In this document: one piece after another, positions 53,640 through 64,000 of the stretch
Layout: every line of letters begins with the position of its first letter
Position numbering within the stretch: the first letter of the stretch is position 1
Assembly: GCA_964016885.1 (NCBI GenBank)
Contig: OZ024748.1
Coordinates: 51,212,001 to 51,276,000 of the forward strand
Length of the DNA stretch: 64,000 bases
Direction: 5' to 3'
Origin: Eledone cirrhosa
Lineage: Eukaryota
The notes under the pieces: generated by a model
The model's input: the letters and a program-made list of their open reading frames with translations, nothing else
Told to the model about the DNA's origin: nothing
Databases searched by the model: none
Program-made: the position numbers and the translations under genes

Positions 53640-54105
53640 TGAATGATGCATCTGTGCGAAGTGCAATACTACTACATGATAGTGACACATGGCCTGTGTC
53701 TATAGAGGACATGTAGACTGGAGAGAAATGAAGCAAACATGCTTCCTTGGATGTGCAATGTAAGTGTGAGAGAAAGGTCGAGCTTGGATGAGCAGAAGGA
53801 AAAGCTGGGTTTTTACGAGGAATTTCAGGTGGTGTCCAGGAGTGAAGACTGTATTGGTATGAACATGTGATGCACAAGGATGACGATAGCTGGGTGAATA
53901 AGTGCCAGTAAATCCCAGTGGAAGGAAGCTGCAGTAGAGGTAGACCAAGAAAGACCTGGGCAGGTGTGGTGACAGCTGATCTCAAATCACTGAGACTCAT
54001 GGAGGAGATGATGGAGGGGCACAGCATGTGGAGAAACAATGTGCTGAGAAGGAGTTGTCCAATCCACCCAATTGTGCAAAAGAGGATGTAAAGACCATGA
54101 CGATC
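53640..54105 (+). mobile_element. Degenerate RTE LINE 3' fragment (an older one lies at about 52130-52305)
   Basis: DASVRSAIL..., LERNEANMLPWMCNVSV, RLYWYEHVMHKDDDSWVNKCQ*IPVEGSCSRGRPRKTW. Confidence 0.85.
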
Positions 54106-54864
54106 ATGGAATTGAACCAATGATATGATCATAAGCCCAATTCTTTAACCACTAAAACACATGCAGATAAAGAGAGGAGGGGGGAGGGGGGGAGAGAAGG
54201 GGGAGAGAGGAGGGGAGAGGGGGAGAGAGGGGGAGATGGGAGGGGGAAGGGAGAAAGAGACACACACAAACGCATATGTATATATATAAATATATGCTAC
54301 ATAAATGTACACATTGAGATATATGTATGTGTATTTGTGTGTGTGTATGTGTGTGTGTTGGGGGGGGGGGTATGTGTGTGTGTGTGTAGTGGTATGTGTA
54401 ATATACACAGAAATATATAAATCAACATATATAGAACTTTGGGAAACACATTAAAAAATAATAGGAAACAATTTACCATTTCAGACATTTTCCGAAAATA
54501 TAATTTACCATTCTTTTATAGCTAATTTAACAATTGTCTTAAATATAGAACATAATATCAGCTATATTGTGTTATATTTAGCAGTGTTGTGTTGTTGCTC
54601 AGCATTGTATGGTTATTAGTATAGAGTCACATAGGTGGAGATATATCATTGTGAAATATTGTATTGAACTTGGAAACAATTGTCTTTGCTTTTATTGTCA
54701 ATGGTAAATATACATATATAAATATATAAGTAGAAGTTGTATTTAATTTATTGGAAGTCCGATAAACATAAATGTTTATAATTAATTTAGAGCACTCAAC
54801 AGTTTACTGGAGTAAATATTCATTGATATTAAATAAATGGAAACTATATTTATAAAACCATATT

Positions 54865-54929
54865 TATTTTATTATATATATTTCAAGGGTAACCAAGACA
54901 ACATTGGTACGCTTTCGTCAGATAAAATA
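54865..54929 (-). ncRNA. Minimal type I hammerhead motif (family H2)
   Basis: Minus: TATTTTAT-CTGACGA-AAGCGTACCAA-TGTTGTC-TTGGTTACCCTT-GAAA-TATATA-TA-ATAAAATA. Confidence 0.8.
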
Positions 54930-55078
54930 CAAAGTTTGTTTTATAAATAGAGACATATACATTTGCATATTCACACATAAGTTTAAATAATCCCTAATAT
55001 ATTTCCACTACCCAGTGAATTTCCAACCGATAAGGTATGATTTCAATGGGTATGTCTCTATTTATAAAACAAACTTTG

Positions 55079-55143
55079 TATTTTATCTGATGAAAGCATA
55101 CCAATGTTGTCTTGGTTACTCTTGAAATATATATAATAAAATA
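55079..55143 (+). ncRNA. Minimal type I hammerhead motif (family H2)
   Basis: TATTTTAT-CTGATGA-AAGCATACCAA-TGTTGTC-TTGGTTACTCTT-GAAA-TATATA-TA-ATAAAATA. Confidence 0.8.
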
Positions 55144-55310
55144 AATATGGTTTTATAAATATATTTTCCATTTATTTAATATCATTGTATATATATATAT
55201 TTATGTGTGTGATTGTATATAAATATATATATATATATTTATATGTGTGTGTGTATCTGTGTCTGTATATATATATATATGTGTGTGCATGTATATATAT
55301 ATATATATAT

Positions 55311-55582
55311 ATTCATTCTCAGCATCACACCCATCGACACAGTCTCCACATGCTGCATCAAATCCTCTGCCTCCTTCACTGTGTTTGTCAACAAAATTAT
55401 GTCGTTGGCAAATTCAGCAGATGATATCTTTTTTGCCTTAACTCTGGAAGACCGAAGTTAACATATGGTGATGCCCCAAGGACAGACACTGGTCTGTGGA
55501 GACGCAGGACATGCCAGCAATAATGAGGGACAGACCCACTGGAAAGAACGCGTCCATGGATCTCGGGAATTTTCCCCGCCCT

Positions 55583-55585
<3 letters not shown>
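55311..55585. mobile_element. 5'-inverted non-LTR retrotransposon remnant
   Basis: Minus 55311-55456: RSSRVKAKKISSAEFANDIILLTNTVKEAEDLMQHVETV (RT FADD motif mutated to FAND). Plus 55470-55585: [23 protein letters not shown], a LINE C-terminus. Confidence 0.72.
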
Positions 55586-55627
<42 letters not shown>

Positions 55628-55729
55628 TACGATATTAAACAAATGGAAACTATATTTATAAAACCATATTTATTTCATTATACATATATATATATATATA
55701 TATGTATGTATATGTGTATCTATATATAT

Positions 55730-56209
55730 ATATTTCGTTTCTGAATTTATTTAGCAAGATTCTCTATCTCAAAACGTGTGTTGAAACCGATATTGTTATA
55801 CTTTGGGAGGGTCATGTTGCCAATAAGAAAAACACGCACCAGTTGCTTTCACTTCAATTTATTATAAATTAAATTTATAAATTTAGGAATTTTCCGGTTG
55901 CTTGGTTGGTTCATATATTGTCAAAGTTCTTTTGTCACACATTCTGTGACCTCTTCAGTGACTGGGGATTCTTTTCTTTGTTTTTGTGCCTCTCCTTTGT
56001 TCTGTTCTACGCCATCTTGTTTTTGTGTGTGTTGTGTGCTTAGTTTGCGCATGTGTTACATCCGGGTGTTTGTGTGTGTTTAAATTTGTTTATTTACATG
56101 TTACTGGTTGGTTGTTTGTTCTATGTGTGTGTTTTCATTTTGTCCTTAATTGTAAGTTGTGATGTTGCTATTCCATTGTATGCAACATCACAACTTACAA
56201 TTAAGGACA
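55730..56209. mobile_element. Family F element, long copy ending in a 28-bp perfect hairpin (56141-56209)
   Basis: TGTCCTTAATTGTAAGTTGTGATGTTGC-13 nt-GCAACATCACAACTTACAATTAAGGACA. Confidence 0.82.
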
Positions 56210-56242
56210 TATATATATATATATAATTTATATATATATATA

Positions 56243-56590
56243 TCATCATTCATCATCATTATTTCATTTTACGTCCGCTTTTTCCCTGGTTGCAAGGGTG
56301 GGACGGGAACTGATTTTGTCTTGATTTCTACAGCTGGATGCCCTTCCTAACACCAACCTCATTTACAGTGAGTGCTGGGTGCATTTTTGCCGTGGCACCT
56401 CCACGACCACTTTGTAGTGGAATGATAGAGACCCCAGCCCCTATCATCTCATTTCTACAGCTGAGTAAACTGGAGCAATGTGAAATAAAGTGTCTTGCTC
56501 AAGGAAACAACACATCACCCGGTCTGAGAATTGAACTAACAACCTTTCGATTGCAAGGCCAATGCTCTAACCACTAAGCCATGTGCCTCC
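56243..56590 (-). mobile_element. SINE-B, full length
   Basis: As 32227-32577. Confidence 0.92.
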
Positions 56591-56888
56591 ATTATATATA
56601 TATACATATATATGGTATGATGATGATATATATATACATATATATATCATCATCATCATCATTATTTTACGTCCGCATATATAAATTTTACATATATATA
56701 TACATATATGTGTATATATATATATATATTCATATATATATATTTTACATATATATATATATAAATATATATTACATATATACATATATGTGCATATATA
56801 TATATATAAATATATATAAATATATATATATAAATATATATATATAAATATATATATATAAATATATATATATAAATATATATATATA

Positions 56889-56938
<50 letters not shown>

Positions 56939-58260
56939 TATATATATATATATTCATATATATACATTACATATATATAAAAGTGTGAGTATGTGTATGT
57001 GTACATAAGTCCTCACACATCTATATTAGACAGTTTCTGTTGTTGTTTACTGTTTAATATCTAGCTGTGCTATATAAATTATTTTGGAATAACATGGTGG
57101 GATGTGTTATTATGGCTGAAAACTATTCAAGAACAAATAATACTACAATTGTTATACCTTTCAATATTGTTGTTACTGTTGCCTCAATACTTCTTAGCTC
57201 ATTTTTGTAAAATATTTCCCCTGCTGTTGTTATTATTATTACTATTGCCATTGTTTTTGTTTTTGTTTTTGTTGTTGTTGTTACCTCTGCAGGATTTCTT
57301 GTCACAATTCTCTTATAAATATTTTTTTAATAATTATGTTGCTGCCTTTTTTATAAAATTTATTTTTCTAACATTTTTAATTACTCATTTCACTTCAGGA
57401 GCCATATCTGATATTTTTATTTAGTTATTGTTGTATATTTATTTGTTGGAGTAGTAGTGTTTAGTATAAGCTGTGCTTTTGGTGTTGCTGTTGGTATCGG
57501 GGCTGTTATAATGTTATAGTAATAAATATAGTAAAAATATAAGTAGCTCTAGTAGTGGATCTTTATTCCTTTGTTTACTGATTAATGTCATTGAACAATG
57601 GTAATACTGGAGTGTAATCAACAGGAGTCTTTATTGGTGATTGCAGCATCACTATTTATTATATCGATTAATATATTTTCAGTTAGCTAAGATATCTTTT
57701 TAACACAAAACTGGTTTTCTTCTTATTTTCAACCAGCAATGTTATGTCACATAAACACAAACACATACAGAATTTAGATCCTGTTGAGGTCAATTTTGAT
57801 TTTCCTTTGGAAAATATCAGTGGTGTGGAGAGAAGAGACTTGCATATACTGGGAACTGTTGATCTTCCACAAAATACATTATCTCGGGCTTTTGTATGTG
57901 AAAGGGATTTTCTAGGTGAAAACCTATGGACAACCATGACCAAACAGGCCTCTAAATGTACACATTCATCTAGACACACATACTCACACCCACATATGTA
58001 TCTATATGGTTTGGCATTTCAGCAAATTTGGTATTTTGCTCTCCTTTTAATTCCTTACATTGCTTTAACTCTTTACATTACTCTATATATACTATTGTAT
58101 TTTCACAGTAAAGGCTTTATCTTACATAATTATCTCCCATAATATCGAATCTATGAGATTTTGATAATATTTATTTTGAGAACAATACGTTAATGTAGCT
58201 ATGAGCGGCCAATGTTTTTGCATAGCTACGACTTTCTAAATGTTTATTTATAAACATACC

Positions 58261-58667
58261 GGTTATATGATGCCTGTGTGAGGAGTGCGATGCTGCATGG
58301 TAGTGAGACTTGGGCAGCAACTGCAGAGTATATGCGACGGCGTGAACCGTGGATGTGTTGAGAGAGAAACTGTGTATAAGAGGGACAGAATGTAGTGTGC
58401 GAGAGAGGAGACTGCAGTGGTATGGACATGTGATGCGCGTGGAGGATGGCCGATGGGTGAAGAAGTGCCAGGAAATGCCAGTCGAAGGAAAACGTGGTAG
58501 AGGTAGACCACGAAAAACATGGGCAGAGGTGGTGAGAACAGACCTAAGATTGCTGAAGCTTATGGTGGAGATGTCGAAGGACCGTGACAAGTGGAGAGAT
58601 GCTGTGCTGAATAAGACCCGTCCCACCCTTGCAAGCAGGCAAAAGCGGACGTAAAATGATGATGATG
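58261..58667 (+). mobile_element. Young 5'-truncated RTE LINE with 5-bp TSD ATACC
   Basis: LYDACVRSAMLHGSETWA ... RLQWYGHVMRVEDGRWVKKCQEMPVEGKRGRGRPRKTW...DRDKWRDAV; (GAT)n tail; ATACC at 58256-58260 and 58668-58672. Confidence 0.92.
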
Positions 58668-59064
58668 ATACCATATTTCTTTAGGAATACAAAATCCAAA
58701 TACATATTTATATACAGCTATGTTTGAAGCTAAATTCTAATTCTATTCTATTATAAGTTGAGCCAACTTATACAGCTTAATATGTAAATGAGATTAATCA
58801 CCTCATTTACACAGATAAGAAAACTATATATTCTCGCCTGCTTTCAAAGTCCAGCAGCTGCAGGAGTGGAAGAAATTGTCCTGAAGAGAACCAGTTCAGT
58901 TCTAAATGCATCAATGATTTCCCCCTTGCTTCTGCTGGACACCACTAGGTGGCATTAGCTACGACTTTCTAAATGCTTATTTATAAACATACCGTATTTC
59001 TTTAGAAATACGAAATTCAAATACATATTTGTATACAGCTATATTCAAAGCTAAATTGTAATTC

Positions 59065-59105
<41 letters not shown>

Positions 59106-59359
59106 GCAAATACATACACACTTATGCAACTATCCACACTTTTTTATCTTTACATCTAGTTCCAGACTATCTTTTTCTCTTTTAATAATTCCCATCACAC
59201 ATCACCAATATTCACTCCAGCCATGTTTGTTTTGATTTGGTTACTGTTTATTTTCTTGTTTTGTTCTTTCTTCTTATTCTTACAACCTAGAAATAAAACT
59301 CCTCTATACTTAAGAATTCTATCAGTTAGAACTCTAATAATAAGAACAATAAATACAAT

Positions 59360-60295
59360 AACTTTAACAGCAACAACAACAATGAGAACATCTAAAACAA
59401 GAAAAACAGAAACAAAAACAACAGCAACAACAAAAACAACAACAACAAGAAAAGCAGCAACAAAGACAACAACAAGAAAAGCAGCAACAAAAACAAAACA
59501 AGAGCAACAAGACAAACAGCAACAACAACAAGAACATCAAAAACAAAAAAATAACAACAAAAACAACAGCAATAAGAAAAATAACAACAAAAACAATGAC
59601 AGCCAGAAAAACAACAACAAAAATGAATAATATCAGCAGCAGCCACTACAACAACAAGAACAAGAAGACTATAGAGTTACAACAACAATTAGAACTATAA
59701 CATAAGCAAAACATGCAAACGTGAGCCACAACAAAACCAACAAATCATAAAAACAACAACAGCTAAAATAACAACAAAACTAATATAACACAATGGTAAA
59801 CAACAACAACAACAATATATGAATATCAAATGGAATATTAGCAGCTACAGTAAGAATTACGGCAAAAACAACATCAACAATAACAATAACAATATTAGCT
59901 ATAGCTATAACAACAACAATATTAACTGTTACAACAACAATAGCTGTTACAACAATAACAACCACATCAGTAGCTGTTACAACAACAATAGCTGTTACAA
60001 CAATAACAACGACACTGTAGCTGTTACAACTACGATAACAACCACATATTAGCTGTTACAACAACAATAACAACTACAACAACAACAACCACAATAGCTG
60101 TTACAACAATAACAACCACAAAGTTAGCTGTTACAACAATAACAACAACAGCAGCAATCACAATAGCTGTTACAACAATAACAACCACAATATTAGCTGT
60201 CACAACAACAATAACAACTACAACCACAATAGCTGTTACAAACAATAACAACAGTAAATGTTACAATAACAACATTAACGACAACAACAAAACTA
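59360..60295. repeat. (ACA)n-derived low-complexity tract with TAGCTGTTACAAC sub-repeats
   Basis: Direct inspection. Confidence 0.9.
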
Positions 60296-63057
60296 CTGTT
60301 CTATTGATTATTTAAATTACTTTATCTTTGGTTTTTTTATTTCTATTTTGTTGTCTTTCTCTTAAAAACAATTGCCAATAATAAAGGATTGCCGAAACTA
60401 AAGTAATGATGGCCTGAGGCGGTGTAAATGTGGATAAAATAAACAGGAGGAGTTGATAGAGGTGAGATGAAGAGACAAAGAAAACAAAAGTATTTTAAAA
60501 AAAATACAAAATCAAACCAGAAAACAAACAACAACTAAGCAAAGCTTACTAGAAAATAAATAAATAAACATATCCTTCCCTCATCCCTTCCTTCCTCCCT
60601 ACACAAGAAAAAAATATTCGGTGTTCACGATATTTGTATCTTCATTAGTTTTATCGTTAATTACAAAATCGCTAATTGTTCAGAATCGTTACCGGCAATA
60701 ATAGCAGAAAGCTATTATTCTTAATTGGTTTCGTTCATAATTGTTACCGATATTAGATTCCCTTTCATCATGGCACACCGCCCCATCTTCCACCAACCCT
60801 GCCCTGATTGACTGAAACCTCATCACCATCCCAACCACAACACCACACCACACCCCTACCATTCAAACTTCTCTAACTCTATTCTTCTATTTAGCTTCAC
60901 ATTCTCCCATACTCTATACCTATACACTATTTACTTCATCTCTGTAATACCACACGCTATCTGTCTCATATCTCTATATACCCTAGCTGTCTCATCTTTT
61001 GGTCTGTACACTCCGTAGCTATACATTATCTTGTCTCTATCTATACACCATCTTATCTCTGTCTACATCCTCACTCTATCTCAGTTTTCTATATATCCTA
61101 TCCCCTCTCTCTCTACACCCACTATCTATCTTATCTCTATCTACACCCTCAATCTTATCTCTGTCTACATATTCTACCCATTTTATCTCACTGTCTACAT
61201 ACATTATCCTTCTACTTACTGTGTTCATTAATTTCTCTATCTACACACTGTCACTATCTCATCTCCCTACATCTCCAACAGTTTTCTCTATATATACATA
61301 CTATATCCATCCACCTCTCTATGTACACGCTATCTATCTATCTATCCATTTATCTGTCTGATTTTCTGTATGTGCTGCAGCGAAAGAAAGAGCAATTTTT
61401 TTTGGGTGTCGATGGTCAACCATGTCCGTGCAAAACTTGTGAAAAGATATTTCAATCAAGTGTTGTCTTTGCTGGGAACTTATTTAAGTGAAGAGTATCA
61501 GGCATATCTGTAACAATGAAATACCACCACCTCCATAGTTTCCTTACTAGTAGGGCAGCTCAAAAGGTATAGTATAGACTGTAGCTATCAGGCTTCTCTG
61601 CCCCTCCCCTACCTCCAACATATGGCTCTGAACTCCATCACTTTATACCATTGAACTGAACCCTGGTAATCAAAGGCATGATCTTTACTGGTCATTGATT
61701 GAGGAACATGTCTTTATGGTTTTATTAACACCAGAAGACAAAATGTGAAGTGGACAACATTAGGACTTTAACACAGAACATACAGCACTGTACCTAAATC
61801 AAATCCAGGGCCCTCTAACTCATATTGGAGGAACCCCTCTTGTTTGGGATGTAGCCATACACGTCATGCTTGGCCAATTGTGGGTTGGTGATAATATTTT
61901 ACCCATTGTTATAGTGGATGGCTGTTGATTCTGAGGAATTCATCTTCCCTTTTAACAGCTCTTGTTTTTTTGTGTTGCTGGAGTTCCACTTACCCTCCTC
62001 ACCTGACCAGACCAGACCAGACCAGACCAGAATCTGGTGAGGGGAACCAGTTTTGTTGCCAACCCCTCAACTATGAAGTAGGTGGTACTAGATTGCACTG
62101 TACCAGTAGAAGTTTATCAGAAGCAGGGGCTGGAAGTAAACACATTGCCACATCTTACAATAACATTATCAAACTGACAAGAAAAACAGTATTATCAAAC
62201 AGAAAAGCAAAACATTATCAAGTTGACAATGTGATCAAACTGGTAACACCATTGTCAAACTCACACACTGTTACGTAAATGACAATATAATGGTTTCTTA
62301 TTTAGGCACAAGGCCAGCAATTTGAAAGGGAAGGTAAAGTTGATTAAATTGACCCCAGTACATTACTGGTGCTTTATTTTAGCGACCCTGTAAGGATGAA
62401 AGGTAAAGCAAACTTGTAAATGACAATAATATTATAAAAAACTGATAGCAACAACATTGTCAATCTAACAACATTAGAACTTCCTACAAAGATCCAGTTT
62501 AATAAAATATATATATAACCAATACTCTAAACATGAATATTTGAAAATTGAAAAATAAATTCTTATTTTTAATTCACTTTGTGCTTCATAGAATTAATGG
62601 AAGGGATAATTGTGTTGTTTTTTTTGCTGTTGTTGAGCCCCAAATCAGTCCTGATCTAGCAAACCTATGAGCAAATCCATTGAAGCTATGACAATTTTTG
62701 GCTGGGTAGGGTGGGGGTTTGGTTAGAGTGTATAGCAGATTGTTATTTTAAGGTGTGAATAGAGGGAGATTTGGTAACTATTTCTTGGACATCGAGTGAC
62801 TACAAAGACTCATGTAATCACCATATATTCTTGAATATAAGAGAATCTGTATATAAGTTGTCCCCATATTTTATGTCTGAGAAATTAGTAAAAATCCAGA
62901 CTGTTTCTATAAGTTGGTGAAAATCATCAAAATATTGACCCCTCAAATATAAGCCCTGCACCATTTTTCCATTAATTGATTTGGTCACATATTTCTCATC
63001 TGATATTCAAATATACACACTAGTTTGTGTGGCATAGTGTTGCTCTTTTTATGTTGT

Positions 63058-63313
63058 TTAACCCTTTACCATTTACATTACTTTATATTTACTATTGTAT
63101 TCTCATGGTAAAACTTTAATACTTTAACATCAGTAGGAGTGGCCGGTTATGGCCGGTTTGAACACAAAGAATTGAGAGAATTCTGGCCAGATATGGCTGG
63201 TTTAAATGCTAATGGGTTGACATCAATAGGAGTGGCCGGTTATGGCCAGTTTAAACAGAAAGAGGTGAGAGAATTCTGGCCAGATATGGCTGGTTTAAAT
63301 GCTAAAGAGTTAA
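63058..63313. mobile_element. piggyBac-like MITE with a 93-bp internal tandem duplication of its end
   Basis: TTAA-CCCTTTACCATTT ... AAATGCTAAAGAG-TTAA; duplicated unit starts at 63127 and 63220. Confidence 0.75.
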
Positions 63314-63499
63314 ACTTTGGTTGACCTTGAACTAGCTGTCCTATGGTTAAAAGATACTCCCAACCTTGTCTATTCCATATTTTCATTAGACAGAACAGGG
63401 TATCTTGTTTTTGTTTGTTTTTATCATTTAAAAAATATAATTTGTAGGATGAGATTTGAGGAAGACATGATTGCTATTTCTTGAAGCTTAGATTGGCTG

Positions 63500-64000
63500 G
63501 TGTGCATGTTGTTGTTGTTATTGTTGGTGGTGTTGGTGGATATAGTGGTTATGGTGTTGGCACTGGTGGTGGTTGTGGTCATGGTGATCATGGTGGTGAT
63601 GGGGGGGGGGACACACACACTAATGGTGATGGTGGTGGTTGTGGTCATGGTGATCATGGTGGTGATGGGAGGACACACGCTGATGGTGGTGGTGGTATTT
63701 GCACTAATGGTGGGGGGAAGGCACTAATGGTGATGGTGTTGGTGATGGTGGTATCCATGCTGGAAGTAGTGGTGGTGGTGGTGGAGATGGCGATGTTGGT
63801 GATGTCAGTGGCGTTGATGTTGATGGTGGTGGTGAAGATGGTGGTATTGGTGGTGTTAGTTGCATTGATGTTCATAGTGGTGGTGGTGGAGGAGGTGGTG
63901 GTGGAGGAGATGGTGGTGTTGATGATGTCAGTGGTGTTGATGTTGATGGTGGTGGTGAAGATGGGGGTGTTGATGGTGTTAGTTGCATTGATGTTCATAG
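63500..64000. repeat. (GTG/GAT)n low-complexity tract
   Basis: Direct inspection. Confidence 0.9.

Larger units (their letters stand above)
54730..55184. mobile_element. Family H2 element: long minus arm plus inverted short arm (54824-54957 / 55051-55184)
   Basis: About 134-bp inverted arms with a 93-bp spacer; homologous to 34890-35240 and 55627-55690. Confidence 0.88.

Overview
Very AT-rich, repeat-dense animal genomic DNA with no supportable host protein-coding gene, rRNA, true tRNA or CRISPR. Almost all ORF-track entries are translations of (TA)n/(CA)n/trinucleotide microsatellites. The repeat content resembles an octopod (coleoid cephalopod) intron or intergenic region; this taxon call is an inference from SINE motifs. 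The window contains about 15 copies of one tRNA-derived SINE (SINE-A), several copies of a tRNA+CORE+RTE-tail SINE (SINE-B), RTE, Dong/R4, Tx1-like and other LINE remnants, hAT and piggyBac-like MITEs with target-site duplications, and several minisatellites. The main unexplained structure is a set of about 10 long fold-back palindromes embedded in (TA)n tracts. Several carry minimal type I hammerhead ribozyme (HHR) motifs: stem I-CUGANGA-stem II-GAAA-short, often palindromic, stem III-UH-stem I. At least five unrelated sequence families are involved, several share a downstream GT(A)TYGAGTRCT motif, and a decayed Penelope-like (Naiad-type) ORF fragment lies nearby. My interpretation is a community of non-autonomous, TA-associated, ribozyme-bearing Penelope-like/retrozyme-like elements whose copies fold back during integration. 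All structures were read by eye; no folding or database search was run.
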